The notes under the pieces are model-generated. The model ran no database searches. It had not been told where the DNA came from and saw only the letters and a program-made list of their open reading frames with translations. DNA of 64,000 nt, from positions 112,282,001 to 112,346,000 of the forward strand of contig NC_043003.1 in the NCBI RefSeq assembly GCF_006345805.1. Direction: 5' to 3'. Shown here one piece after another: positions 25,509 through 40,900 of this stretch. Position 1 is the first letter of the stretch. Each line of letters begins with the position of its first letter. Both the position numbers and the translations under genes were made by a program. The DNA is from Octopus sinensis. Lineage: Eukaryota.

Positions 25509-28500
25509 GAGTTGTTTGGCCCCACGTTGACCAGTGAGAGTCAGGATTTTGCATTTGAAATTAAAACACACACACACACACACAAACAAACGCACACACA
25601 TTGACACACGCATACTGTGCACACTCACGTACATACACACACTCCACAAACAGGGACTCATATATATCGCCACTCTTTAAAGTTGATTATTCTGTTCGAC
25701 ATTGAATTGTTTTGAATTTTCTTTATACAATTTTAATCTTTTCATCTGTTTTGAAGTATAAAATTATCTTTTCGCGTAGCATTACTCCAAAGATGAAACA
25801 AATTTCTTTCCTTTCAACTTCGGAATATGACTTCAAATTTTTGTTTTTCATGAAACATAGTATTTGCTTTCTTTTTTCTCTATGTTTCATCATCGTCAGC
25901 CTTACTATTTGTAATTATTTCTATTTTCGTATTACGTGCGCAAAAAGAATTTCACTGATTATAGTGATTTATTACATATCATTGTTGTCGTTACTATTCT
26001 TCCATTTTACATTTCAAAGTGTCTATGTGTCCATGGCTACCCTGTGTTCAGCAATCCCTGCTGAACACTAGTGATTATTTCAGTGGATGTCTTCTACTGT
26101 AAGTTCCTGGTAGTTAATAGATGGGTTTTAAAAAGAAAAAAAATACAAATATCGAAATTTAAAAATAACCTCAAGTACGTCACTACAAGGAACACATCAT
26201 AATCGCAATCCAATACACCCTTTTCCCTCACAAAATTAGTTGAAACGTTACATCCGCAGACGCCATTTTTATTAACAAAAGTTGAAGTAGAATTCAAACC
26301 TGAAAAGCCGTTACATGGTTGTTAGAAATTCAGATGAATCCATGAAATGCAGAAATTCTTTTCAAACCAATCACTTTTCTGAAGTGTTTATGACGCTTCA
26401 TCGTTTCCTGGGCCCCATGAAAGTGAAACGGAATTTTGAAGAAAAGTAATTTAATGGAGACGAAATCTTTAATCTTAAATATTCGACTTACTGTTAGTCG
26501 CTTGAACTATAGTAATATTTGATTTACTTGGGCAGCAAGCCTTCTTATCTGCCCCAAAATTAAAAAAGAAAAGAAAATTATTCGGGTTGACACACCGAAG
26601 ATCGTCTCAGTTACAATTATACCTAGTTAATAATTGAAGAGCAGGATAGCTACGGCGATGTATACTATACTTTTTTGAAGGCAGCAAAAGCGCAAATCAT
26701 TATTTGTATATCTGCTATGTCTTTCAAGAAAGAAAGGGAAATATATGCAGTTAATTATTGGTCATTTCACTGCAGCACACTCATTGTTCCGAATTCAATA
26801 GAAAAAGATTGTGAAGTACACTGTAATTTTCTTCGATACCATACAGTATACAAAATGTTGGTCTTGTGCCAATGAAAGAAATCAATGTTTAACTAATTTG
26901 TAAAGTATTGCTTTTGGCAAAAATGATTATCACTCGATTTAGAATACTTATTTTGGTCCTTCTGGGTTTTAAATTCAAATCCTGCCTTGATACATAAATT
27001 TATTATTTTTCACCACTTTAGGATCGATTTAATTAATTAGATCTCATGTGAAACTTTCCATTCTCCGTTCCTTTTAGTCAAAATAGATCAATATTTCTTC
27101 TTCATTTCATTTGGTATATTAATAAATTTAACAAATTTATTGTTTTCAACTCAGCGAATTATATTCTATGTTATTATATTTAGTTCCACAATAGTATCGC
27201 TTTGCAGAAACAATACTGAGGCCTTAATAACAATGAGAACTATGAGGAATAAATAAGCTTTGTTGATATCTTTTATCTTTTCCCAAGCAATTCGCTATTA
27301 ATGCATTTCAAAACGTCTGCAATATTGTATATATTTCCCGTGTGTAAATATGAGAATTGGCATCAAAAAAGGAAATAAAGATTTAATATTCATCTGTATG
27401 TTTAGGCTGTATAATACTTACATTCGCCAATCGTTTTCTTAGTACATATTCTTCAGTCAAATATCTAAAGTAGCGTCATCAATTTTTATTATCCTGTAGC
27501 TGAAACTAATTTGACCATTTTAGATTCATGCTATAGTCTCCAAGATATAAAACAAGAACTTCAAAGAATATCGAAAATAGTTTGATAATACATTGTATTC
27601 TTGCTTCGTGATACCTGATGCTTCGTGATACATCATGGCACTTATTTAACGCCACATGCACTGGAGAATAATAACTTTAAGCAATAGCTTCGTACGGTCT
27701 AAAAAGTATCAACAGTTGTTTGCCCGATATTCTGATATGCTATCGATCAGTGTAATTGTAACTCTCAACAAATATATGCAAAATATTATACGACATCTTA
27801 GTCAATGAGCAACTAGTGACATTAACAAATCAAGAGTGCTTCGGTAATAATTAGAATTTATATCAAATCAAAATATTAATTTCATTCACACTCTTTGTAA
27901 AATAATACATGAAATAAAGTTAATATATTCCCTGGAGGGTCTCCGGAGATTTTGCATGTCATGGATAATGATGTAGTTACAAACATAATACCTTTTAATA
28001 AGTAAAATCGACCATATAATGTTTCAAAATTTGAAATTGCTATTGATTGAAACAAACGTTTACTGGATAAATATTTTAAAAATCAAGTTCTTATTTATAT
28101 TGGTTAGTTTTCATTACCATTGAAATTATTTATTCGTTAATTCTTAACACACAGTGAAACGGATACGATGTACATTTCCAGTGATGTGATGAGTAAATTT
28201 TTCGAGTAATATGACCTGCCAAGAAACGATTATTGTGAAAAGAAGCATCGGTATGTATTGATTGTTTGACAGTGGATCATGGGCTTCGTCAAATTGCATG
28301 GTTCAAACCGGCTAACTTGTTACAATAAAATCATTACGAAAGAGAATACGATACAATAGATCTAATCAATAGATTCTGAATTCAATGCACTTAAAGCAGT
28401 ATAATTAAATTTGGATAGGTTCAGTATATAAAATGATAAAAGAAACGATGCATTCTATGTTAACATTATTGTTATAATGAAACAGTTGTTACGGAGCACA

Positions 28501-31500
28501 TGCACCAAGGAGTAAAACTGGTGCTAAACGACCTGTTATAGTAAACCAAGCCATTTTAACTAATTAAAATAACACATTTTAGTAGCTGGAAATAATCATT
28601 AACTAAACGATTCATTCAGATAAAACTGATAAGAGGAAGAGGTGACATTACCTAATTAGCGGTAATTTGACGGATAATTCTGGTAAACGCTTTAATATGA
28701 CAGTATCGCCGTGGAACAAAATGCATGTAAAACCTATCGTAACATGATAATTAATATTATACAGTAAATATCATGTTAACGATTTGACTTAATCCAGGTG
28801 TAACACTGAATTATTCAAATTAAATTTATTGAATATTTAGGAAAGCGAACTGTCTGTAATCTATATTACCTAACGTGTGAAAAGTATGGTCAGCTATTAT
28901 TCTTGTATTCACATGTATAAATGTTGACTGTTCGTATTTAATCTTTGATCATGTACGCAGTCGCGGCATCTATTAATCGATTGTAATGAAGCCAAGTTAT
29001 GTCAGGATGATGGAGATACAATTTTGTTTAACGAATGCAGACGTGTACGTGTGAATAAAAAGTTTGCTTTATAAACATACGGTTCGAATTTGTTCCTGTC
29101 AAACCATCTTTGTTTCCTTCTTATTTTTAATAGCATTATCACCACCGTTCTTCTCCTTCCCTCATACACATTTTATATATATATGCATACATACATATAC
29201 ATGTATATTTATGTGTGTGTGTGTGTGTGTGCACATACACAAACACACATACATATGTATGTATATGTATATTCAAGAGTTGCACTTGCCCAGAAAGTTA
29301 CTTGATCTGCCACTGTGTGTTGTAACTGAACCAATCATATCGTGGACGGATCATTTAATAACACACAAGTTGTCAAATTTAATTTCAGTTTACATATAAT
29401 TTATGTAGCTTTGAATAGATTAAAATTAAATTTGACAGCTCTATTTCTTATCTAACTGCATTTCTACAATACAGTTGCTGTGTGTATGTTGTTTGACGGC
29501 ACAACAACAAAAAAGGAACAAAAATGAATGAAACAGAATTTAAGGAGTATTCCATTCATTTTCGTAACTTCAGACTACTTTCTTCTTTCTGTTATTAACA
29601 CACACAAAGGCGGCGAGAAAGCAGAACCATTAGTACTCTGTGTAAAATGCTTAGTAACATTACGTTTGACTGTACGTTTTGGGTTTAAACTACGCAGAGG
29701 TCGACTTTGCCCTTCATCCTTTTGATCAAATACTAGTTAGTGTAACTGATTTCCATCTCCCTTAAAAAAAAACTAGTCTTCCTAGTTTACGCCAAAAGTT
29801 GTGAATCTATTCCTTTAATACATATTGATGAAATAAATATCAGGTTGAAATGAGAACTGGTGTAGATATCAACCACAACAATCATTTAAGCTAAATTATC
29901 TTATGTTTCAAATTTATGTGGTTTGTTCTTGCCGTCTTTCCGACAAACTACAAACTGCTGAAAATCGTAACTAAAAATTAATTTCAGAGCTGGAATACCT
30001 AAACTGTAGTACTTAATTTTTATCATCGCAAAGGACAAAACCAGTCAAAGCTAAATCCGTTTGCAATAAAGTGAATAGGAATGTATACAGAGTTTCCTTT
30101 GTATTCGCACATTTCCAGGAAACAACTTTCTATTCGTGCACATATCTAAACGTTTCTTTAAAGTCCAAAATTTATTAACAGTGGCATGTAAACTTCCGTG
30201 TTGTTTGTTTTATTTTTAATAATGAATGATGATGAAATAACGTGTGTTGAAAACTGATAAAGTTTGAGTGTTGGGCTATGAGAAACTATTTGTTTAAATG
30301 TTAGCGTTACTTTCTTTTGTGAATTGAAATATGTTCAGTCTAAATTTGTTGTTTGGAAGATAAAAACTTGAAAGCATTACAACATGCGAGGTGAAACTCT
30401 CCATCTATTGCGTGCAGTATTCGTTACCAACCAATACCTTAGAGTAAGTTACACACTTTGGGGTTTCTGGTTTGTTAGCTTTCGTTGTGTAAGGAGTATG
30501 GAATAACATGTCAAGGAGAAGGTTTTTAATTCCCTGCGTATCACCCCACTCCTCCGGGTTTAGAGTGAAGCAATATTCTGCTATGAATAGTCGGCAATAG
30601 GGAATTGAACGTCGTAGCAAACTTAAAGTGTTGGTGACTAAGTACAATACTGTACAAAATGTCAGATATGCTTTGGTTGAACAATAATCATATGATTCAA
30701 TCTCATCTCGAATGGAATAAAAGATTATGAATATTCCTTTGACCAATAAATCGAAAAATGTTTTAAAAAAGGGTAAACATGAGCATGCAAAAGAATGAGA
30801 GAAATTTAATTTCCAGGGATAAAGAGTACTTCATCAAATATCTTTGATCAGCGTTCAAACAGATAGATCGATTGGATTCTGCTCTGGTAATAAACTTGTG
30901 CTGCTGGATCTAGTACAATAATGGCAGAAATAATAGTTCATTTCAATGTAATTAATTCTGCATGATATTATAAAAACTTCTTTATTTTATGACGACATAT
31001 TCCAATACTAAAACATGTCTGATTATCTAAGGGAGAACGTAAACAAATGTAAAGCACTGGAGGCTTCGCAAAACAATGTTAATTTTCTGTCTCAAGTTGT
31101 TTCTTCGATGTTTGATTAGCTAAGCATTCTGACTAATACCGGAAATGAACAGTTTGTGAAAAGACACTTCAATAGAAGCATATGTTCAGCCTTATGAGAA
31201 ATATATGGCCGATTGTTGTTTTAGGTCATCATGGAGGAAGATCACAGACTCGCAGACTATTGAATATATTGCTCACACAATTGGATAACGCAATAAAGCA
31301 GAAAGGTCTCTGGATAATATCACCACATTATGTAATCTGGAGGAATCACTGACATTTTCGATCAAAAATCGGTCGCTGTTTATGTGAATTACAAGAGTTA
31401 ATTAATAATAATCAGCAAATTTTAATATAATTTACAATTGGAAAGAATGTTTTCTGACAAAAATTAAAGTGTAGTACTAATTGTAGTGTTCTATTTAGCT

Positions 31501-34500
31501 TTGTCACAATAAGATGGAACATTTGATCATACTGTGGTTTAAAATTCGGTTCAATCTTTCGATGATTTAATAAATAATAGTAAGGAACTATTGTTGTCTC
31601 TGACAAGTGGCTCACTGACTTTTCAAACTATATTTGTCGGGGGATTAAATAAAACGTATTATTAATGAGGCATTGAACTGCATGTCGTAGATTCAATTCA
31701 ACTATGAAGATTTTGTTTGCTTACTACTTGAAATATGGCTAATTTCTCATTGCGTTAATTCAAATTACCATTTCCTAAACTGAGAATATTTAGCAGTGTG
31801 TACTGTAAAAGGGAAATGTGGAACGTTAGTAGCCATTTGAAATGCATATTAACCATATTTTACCGTCCTAAAACGGAGAATGAAGTGTCATTCGCATATG
31901 AGAAACACAATAGCGTGTGTAACAACATGAAATACCATCTCGGTGAGAGAAGGCAAAGCGAGGTTGCCATCACAAAATGACTGTGACAAAACTAGCCACT
32001 CAAAAATCCAACCAACAACGTGAACAACATGGCGAAGAATGATACTATTAGCAATAGCCTCCATATACACATCAGTGTAAATAAATTCGCTTTAGCAACA
32101 ATATTGGAAGTAGAGCCAAAGAAAATAGAAGTACAAACAGACACAACTCTAGCATCGTTGCAGATACTAGCACTAGTAACAAGAACATTTAGACCACTAC
32201 TACGAAAAGCAAAGATTTTATTGCAGCAAGCAACAACAGTAGTACTTTTGAAAATAGCGACAAATGAAACACAATGGTTATTATATTACCAAGGTTGCAA
32301 GCAGCTTAAAGCAGATCAGCCTTGGAAAGGACGCAAGGTACTGGATCTATAAAAGTGGGATAATAATCACAGACAGGTGATCAAGGGAGGGAGGCGAATA
32401 GGGCAGTATATATAAACCGGTAGCGGAGCTCAGGAGCAGGAGTTCGGTTTTAAGGAGTATGGAAACACCTCCTCGCCAGTATTGTTTCCAGCTCTACTTT
32501 GCATTTTGGAGTAGTAGCAACTGTTAAGGTTCCATCTATGAGAGCCAGGACGTAGAAATTCTGGATATGATGTCAGGGGGCTCAATAAGTACACAGGGAG
32601 AGCTGAACCCTAGTCTTTCTTAAGGCATCTCTCAAGGTTAACTGGTATATAAATTCTGTGTTCTACTGAGCTGGATATCATACACTTTAGTGGTCTCTGG
32701 CTTCTTGGTATAGCTAGAGAGGATCGTTGTAGTGTTGTGCGAGCCGCACTTGATTTGTTCCGACAATTTGTTAAGCGTGCAAACTCTCAACATATCTGAT
32801 AATCCCCTCCAGCTGCTGCCAATGCTACCGGAACTGTAGTATCTACTTTGCGTGTTAGACACGTTCGTTGTTGTTTTGTTAGTTGCCGATTCTAACTAGC
32901 AGAAGAATTCGAACATTTAACGTTGTCTGAGCCGAAGACAGTGTGTGACGCTCCCGAGGAACAGGCCGAACAGAGGTTATTGAGTTACATATTTTCGAAT
33001 CGACCGTCGTAATGTGTTGGCACTTGATATCCATGGTTTAGCTCCCCTATATCTATCCACGATAAACTTTACCTTATGCCATACATCGTATACTTGATCG
33101 ACAACAAATGTTACTTTGTTGGACGTTTGATCTATTTAAACCTGTTTAAATCTATTCTTGGTGGATACCAAAGAGCAACCAGTTTTAGGCCTGACATTAT
33201 CAACTTGACACTACAATAAACAGAATCTGGGAATTGATCCGGCTGAACGGCTTAATTTAGCAGAATCTATTCGACAAGTTAGCATCTCTAAGATGTGGTC
33301 GCGGACAATATACGGTCATAATATACGGAAAATTTCACCATGGGATATCAGAAATTATGGAAGATATGTAGTCTGTGCGATATTAGAGGTATGCGGTCTA
33401 ACAATTACAGTAAATTCGGTGAGATTGCAACTGAGCACGTAATGAAACTAATACAATTCGACCAAATCGTGTGGAGCTCTAGAGTATAGATATTGTTAAT
33501 GTACAGGTTTCTAGTTCGAGTCAGACCTAGTGGATAGGAAAAGGAAAGAGGTGAACGAGCAGTGAGGGTAATCTCGGCCAGAAACGAACTGAGAGAAAAA
33601 CTATCCCTAAAAGCACACATCGCTTCCCTTAATTATTACCCCTTTTACCTGTGTTTCTCTCATTAAACTCTATTTCGTTTTCAATGTGAAGCATCTTCAT
33701 TTGTTTGACTTCGACATGATATATATGTATGATATATATTGTAACAAGAATTCACTGTTGACAGGGATTAATTGAGTGATGACACTTGAACACAGAACTT
33801 TAGTTATTTAAAAAGTTATTTTAAAAAGTTATTTTTATATTCTTGACAGCCAATATTTAATATATTTGTCACCAACGTATTCTAAGTAGATATTCTGGAA
33901 ACCATATTCGATTGCATTTTTGTCTTGAAAAGCGCGCTAATCTTACTTATTAAGTTAATGTATTTTGTGTGTGTTATACCTACAGGCGTTAGTTATCAGA
34001 GAAATCTGAAGATATGCGATATTATTTGGGGAAGATATAGAAGAAGATTCCCATTACGTGTTAAATTACAACTGACTCTCTTCTAACACTCTTCCATTCC
34101 TAAGATTATTTCTTAAGGCAAAATAATATTTAACCCTTTACCACGGGACAAGTTCACGTGACATGAGGGCATATCCGCACACAAGTGGGCATGAATAATT
34201 TATACCTATGAACTAGCTCATCTAATCTTATTTGCCTATAGTCTCTCGACCATTTTCTGCTATTTGACCAATAACGAACGTCTTTGACAACTACAAACAA
34301 CGAACATAATATAGCTGGCAGTAGGAGTGACGTCACAATCAAAACTCTACAACAGGGTATAGTTTGATATCTTCTACCAGGATTAGCTCATTAGCTATCA
34401 GTTAATTATTTCAACCACATTATTTCGCGATACACTCATAAGCGATGTTTCAGTTAATAATTTGCTTCATTTGTAATTTACGTTTTCGTAAACCTTTTTT

Positions 34501-35654
34501 GTTTTTTCGCTTTCAGTTCTTAATTTATTGCCTTTTAATGCGGTGTTTTTGCTTGAATCATGTAAAATATTTGTCTTGTGTTATTGGTTTTTCATCGTTA
34601 GTATATTATTCCTTCATCGATATTTTAAATCTCACTCTGACATTTTTATTCAGTGGCTTACTCTTTCATTGTCTAGTGTATTTCAAACCCTATTTGCTAT
34701 TTTACCTTTTCTTCTTTTTCCCACCGTGTATAGTGAACATTACTTTTTATCGAATAATTTAGAAAACTTCGTTTCAGCTAGTATTATATAACTGTTTTCA
34801 ATAGCGTTATTTTTAAGGCACCCTGCCTTTAATTGTAGTTTTTTTTTTTTGTTTTGTTTTTTATCCCCGGTTCCTTAATATCAAAACTGCACACACAACT
34901 TGATTTATTTTTTCGTCATACAGAACGTTCGCGATTCAGGTTTGTGTAAAGATATGCTTTCTGAACATTGTGAATTTCACATGATTTCGAATTCATCTGA
35001 TTTATTTTAGCGTTATATTTTTAAAGATATGAAAATTGTAGAAAATTTAAAAATACGCAATTACTGTGGGCGTTTATCAGAATAGAGGTTTTTTTTTGTA
35101 TTTCTTATTACATTCCACTGGTTTTAAAAATTGATATAATTTTCGCTCCTTGCACAACTGAAGTGTTCAAACCAAAGAACTAGTATTCTTTTGTTTGTTC
35201 TTAGGTTTTCATTTATATTAATAGTATTTTGTTTTAATTCTATTTCATTTATCCATCGGCTATATTGTAACGCTTAAAGTTAAGTGCAGTTGTAAAGTAG
35301 AGATAGTTTTAGGTTTTCATATTTCTTAGTGAGAACGTGATTTATCATTGTAGTTAGTTCAAAATGTGTACTTAGTATACTTCTGGAATATATGTGTGTG
35401 TCTTTGCAGATATGACTATGTATTTATACATTTCCATACACACAGAAGTACATGTATGCCTATATATGAGTATGTGTTTATATATATATATGTATGTATG
35501 TATATATGTATTATATATATGTATGTATGTAGATATATATATATATACATTTATACACACATATATATGTGACTCCCCCCTCTCTCTCTATATATATATA
35601 TAAGTACGTATGTATACGTATATCTATATGTATATTCATGGACTGGCATGTCTA

Positions 35655-35707
<53 letters not shown>

Positions 35708-35799
35708 GCATAAATAAACTAACTTATTACCTATTCACACGCATACACAAACATACACACAACCACACTCACACATACATACATACATATGTATATATA

Positions 35800-35865
<66 letters not shown>

Positions 35866-36315
35866 CGCATGAACACTGCAGTGTTAACATGGTGTTAGTT
35901 ACGAGTAGACAATATAATAAATAACGCAAATACTGAATACAAAAGATGAATGTAAAAACCTTGTCTTCATACACCTTTGGCTAACATAAAACCACTAAAG
36001 CAAAGTACTTTTAGCACACAAGTAGTAATAACCAAACTGGCTGCCAAAATTGCAATTTATGTCGAAATCGATTTTAGCTTGTACTTCGTGATACAGTCTT
36101 TATAATGTCATAATAGACAATTAATGAAGGTATACAATTGTACAGAGAATTTCAAATATAGTATTAGAACTAATCTGGCTACGAAGATGTATATAAAGAC
36201 AAAGTGTTTACATTTGTGCATTACTCAAATGTTTAAACTTTTTTTCCGGATATCATCCAGTGATGAACCTGGATACACCATCAGTGAGGTTTCCTTGGGT
36301 TATATATTAGGTGCT

Positions 36316-36730
36316 AAGGCGGCGAGCTGGCAGAAACGTTAGCGCGCCGGGCAAAATGCTTAGCGGTATTTCGTCTGTCGTTGCGTTCTAAGTTCAAATT
36401 CCGCCGAGGTCGACTTTGCCTTTCATCCTTTCGGGGTCGATAAATTAAGTACCAGATACGCACTGGGATCGATGTAATCGACTTAATCCGTGTGTCTGTC
36501 CTTGTTTGTCCCCTCTATGTTTAGCCCCTTGTGGGCAATAAAGAAACAGGTATTTCGTCTGTCGTTACGTTCTGACTTCGAATTCCGCCAAGGTCGACTG
36601 TGCCTTTCATCCTCGCGGAGTCTATAAATAAAGTACTAATTTCCGCACTGGGTCGATGTAATCGACTTAATCTCTTTTTCTGTCCTTGTTTGTCCCCTCT
36701 ATGTTCAGCCCCCTGTGGGTAGTAAAGAAA
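36316..36730 (+). mobile_element. SINE family A, tandem dimer
   Basis: Head and body, then a headless body restarting at GTATTTCGTCTG (36550); TSD TATATATTAGGTGCT flanks the whole dimer (36301-36315, about 36733-36747). Confidence 0.9.
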
Positions 36731-36849
36731 TATATATATTAGGTGCTTCATTTACTTTCAATTTCAGATACCTTGGCCCAGGCCTCATATATAGTCTTGA
36801 TAAAATATCCGCTTAGTATTACACTGGTAGCAATACCGCTTCCATGACG

Positions 36850-37185
36850 AACACCTCTTTGACCACAACCACCTTTAGACAATTTCCCCGCCACAACCAG
36901 CCTGGTGGCCTTCTACACATAGGCTCCGGTGACGTCAAGCATATTCTAAGCTCTGAGAAGACTTGGCAAACCTCAACATTCTACCTCGATGGGATAGCAC
37001 CTTGCTTGGCACCTATTGCTTTGATATTTCCTTTTTCGTACTCTGAACTGGCTCCTCGATGTGGTTCTACCGAGAAAGGAACAGTTCCATAAGAACAACC
37101 TGCTTTAATGTTTCTGAAATTAGTACGATATCAGGCTTAAGTGAGGTTGAGACGGCAGTTTCTGCTTCTACTATCTGATTTTCAA
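36850..37185 (-). pseudogene. Degraded Hero/R2-group non-LTR restriction-like endonuclease fragment
   Basis: STSLKPDIVLISETLKQVVLMEL ... CYPIEVEC*G ... WLWSKR matches the PD..E, PIEVGCRG and WLW pattern of Hero-type RLE C-termini. Confidence 0.65.
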
Positions 37186-37979
37186 CTCACAAATATATAT
37201 ATACTAGCTGAATTGCCCGGCGTTGCTCGGGGCTGAATTGCTTGAAAGTACTGTTAATGATTGCACTGAATTATGATGATTATTCAGGCAAATATTGATA
37301 TAAGTTCACGGCGAATGAATGTATTTGTAAGTGTATAGAAAGCCATGTAAAGGTGTTCCTACCCCCTCGTAGAATGGTGTAAGAATTGAATGTGAGGTTC
37401 CCTTGAAATGAGCCATGTTATTGTTCTCATAATTGTAAGAATTTGATAGTTGTGGAAGGCGATGTAAAACGTTCGCAGGTGAATAGGGTCTCTTCGTTTT
37501 GCACGAACGGCAGCGGATGTGCTGTTACAAAACTTGATGCTGTGTTAAAAGAGAGTGGATTTCATATGTAGGCAAGAGAGGAATGAAGCATGGGTAAGTA
37601 AATATGTGTAATTTATAAAATATAGAACAATAGCATCTACTCACCATATGTCAGACCGGCAAGACTGTAGTGGTGCTGATTAGGTGAATCACAATACAGT
37701 GGTGGAGATGTTTTCATTGATGGGCGTTTTGATTAAATTTGTTGTTGCATAAAATGATCTGTTGATTAGTTTCGAAAGTGTATGTTGCGATCGTGTTGTC
37801 GCTCATGTAAACTTTAACAATGAGAGTGTAGATGTAGGGGGTAGATGTGTCATGTACGTTGGATATAGAAGATGAGGCTGGTGGTTTGATGATGAATGGA
37901 TAGAAATAGAGTTGAGCGAAGGACAGGTGTTGGTTAAGTGTGAATTAATGTAATGAAACGCCTAGAAATGTAAATGCTG

Positions 37980-40900
37980 TCATAAAAGAGAGTCGTATGT
38001 AAGTGAAATACTAACGTGTTTGAAAATGATGAAACGTAGTAATCCTATAAAACCTCCTTGTACACAATGTTTTTTTGTTTTTCGTTGTGGAAGGAATGCG
38101 AAAGCATCACTGTTGCTGCCGACACGTGAGCAGCCAACATAAAGCTGACCATGAGAGAAGCATGGCTCTCCCAAATGTATTCCTGCCACAGACAGTGTTT
38201 GACCCTGCGCTTTGTTAATTGACATTGCGAAACATGGCCTTACTGGGAACTGGGACCTCCGAAATATGAAAGGTAGGTCTGCTCCTGATGGGAAAAGATG
38301 CATCCTAGGTATGAGCACAACGTTGCCTCGACCGCACCCTGTGATAATGGTGGCCTCAATCAGATTGGGAGATAAGGACTTAACGATCAAACGTGTGCCA
38401 TTACATTGTTTTGGGGGAACCAAATTTCTAATGAGCATTATAGGGGCACCAACTTTAAGTTTGAGAATGTGTGGTGGTAGTCCGGGGGGCTCAAAGGAAT
38501 TGAGTACCTCTATTGGATAATTGATGACGTCGTCTGGGTCAGGAGTTGTATCAATAGACTTATATACATAGACATCCCCAGGAATGAGTTTTAGCATTTC
38601 ATCATTAATATGGTGAACAGTTTTATTCCTCGGGGCCAGAATAGCCCTTTGGCCAATCCAATCCATATTCTGATAATTAGCTTGTAGATCTGGGAAGACT
38701 GCATCTCTGAGATCAGAAGGCGTGTTAACAATGGTACAAATGGAATCGATGGCAATATTACCATTTTCATCCCCTGGTATTTTGCCTTCGCCAAGTGCAA
38801 GGAGGGTGTGAGAAAATGCTGCTGATGTGATATCACGTCGCATATGAGCACGCATATTGGTGTGAAGTTTGAGAGTCTTCACCAGTGGCCACAATGTGGA
38901 TGACTTAAGACACGCACTTACAGCATCAGCTCCAGTCCCTTTGGGAATAACGGGAAGTGTTTGTCGGAAGTCCCCTGAAAGAAGAAGTGTTATGCCTCCC
39001 ATGGGAGCTGAAGAGTGTTGATGTCTCTGAGAGATCTATCTAGTGCCTCAAGAGCACCTCTGTGGGCCATCGTGCATTCATCCCAAACGATAAGCTTGCA
39101 TCGTCTGAAGACTTCTGCCTGATCGGAGCTGTTACTGATGTTGCAAGTTGGTGTCTCAGTCTTCGCTAAGTCAAGTGGGAGTTTGAAAGTAGAGTGAGCT
39201 GTCCTGCCGCCTGGCAACAAAGTAGCCGCAATTCCAGATGATGCCACAGCTAGGGCAATGCCTTGTGTTCGCCTAATCTCAGCCAATATTAATTTGTTGA
39301 CAAAAGTTTTCCCAGTGCCCCCAGGAGCGTCCAGGAAAAAAATGTCCCCAGCTTTGGCCCGGACTGAATTAACAACGGAGTTGTAAGGGAACTTCTGTTC
39401 TGGAATGAGCTTTGGCTCATTGTCGGCTATGTACTCGGCAAGCTCGTCAACATTAAAACATGTCTCACGCAGCAAATGTGAAGACAGAGTGTTGTGCCTT
39501 CCGGTTTGTTGAAGGTAGGCCATAGACCGGCAAGGCACTACCGCCCATATCGAGTACAGTATCTTCGATTTCAAGCAGCGCCCTGTTGTAAATGAGGTCA
39601 GTGTACCCGACCTCCATTGATGGATGTAGCGATTGAGCGTGATGCAGGAAATCTTCAGACATATCATCTTTGTAGGTAAGCCATAAAGAGGCGGGATTAG
39701 CCAAGTCACACCATAGTAATAGAATAGCGAAAAGCGATCTTATTTTTTAGGAGATTTTAATGAAACACCTTCTGCCATAGTGGCGCCCCATTGTGAATCA
39801 TCCTCCAAAAGTCGACGCCGAAAACAGGCTTCACGGAAAGTATCACATAATACACCATCAACAGTTCTGATGTCTTGAAAACTTTGTGGGCCTAAAACCT
39901 CATGGAGGAGAAGGCGCAGGTGAAAACAGTCATGTTGGTTTGGAGGTACAGTGTATACTCTTCCTAGACAACTGTTAAACTTGACACCAGGATGTCCTTC
40001 AACATCCTGACCCGACTTCCTACGCACCCAATTGTTGTTTGACCACACGTAGTAGGACGGGACCTGAGGGTATAAAAGTGTTTTAGCAAATGTGTCATGT
40101 TGGCAAAGCCTAAAGAAACCGGTCAAAGTTGTTTGTTTTGGATTTGCCCCCAATTCAGCTGCAGTCTGTTCAGTAAAGTAAATTCGTTGGCCATTTTCCA
40201 AATGAACCGCTAGTTGTATGATGGCGGGGTGCCTTTGGTGAAGTGGAAACCCGAATATCCGCCAAAAAGCTTCACCACTGCTTATGTACCGACCTGTCAT
40301 GTACTGTGACACCTCGTCCATGCTATTGTCCTTTTGAAGGCCAAACATGGCAGCGTCAGAACCCTTGTTAACATATTTGCATATATACTTTATAGACTTG
40401 ACTGAATGACAGAACTCCACATTTATGTGAGCGTTAAAAGTTTTCATCAGAAATGGACAGTACGGCACTACCCACCTATTATCACTTGATGACCCCGTAA
40501 CGTTATAGTGAATCCACCATTGTCAGGGTGCCTTCTTCTGTACAGTGGGTATCCGTCGCGGCCGGTCTGGGTCTCGTCCACGAACCTCTTTGGGTACCGT
40601 TTATTGCACACGTGGTCTTTGTGGCATGAGGAGAACTTTTGAAAACCAGGACCGCACGGACCGTGTACCATGTGTGCCTTCACAATGTCGTACAGGTGCC
40701 GGTCAACAGTTGGGTCCGGAATTTCTGCTGCAATGAGATCATCAAGAATTGTTGGGTCTATTTTGTTGACCAACCAAAGCAAAATGTGCGCATGTGGCAG
40801 CCCTCTTTTCTGCCACTCAACAGTATACATGTGGCAGTTAACAGGCCCAAAAACCTGGCCTTTTGTTATTAAAAGAATGAGCTTAGCCAGTTTCTGCCTG

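Noticed and set aside
31182-31352. Short frame ...RRLLNILLTQLDNAIKQKGLWII resembling an AAA-ATPase segment
   Set aside because: No Walker motifs or clear donor site; equally compatible with a decayed LINE RT segment or chance.
34129-35285. piggyBac-like element starting TTAACCCTTT
   Set aside because: No convincing matching right end or transposase remnant.
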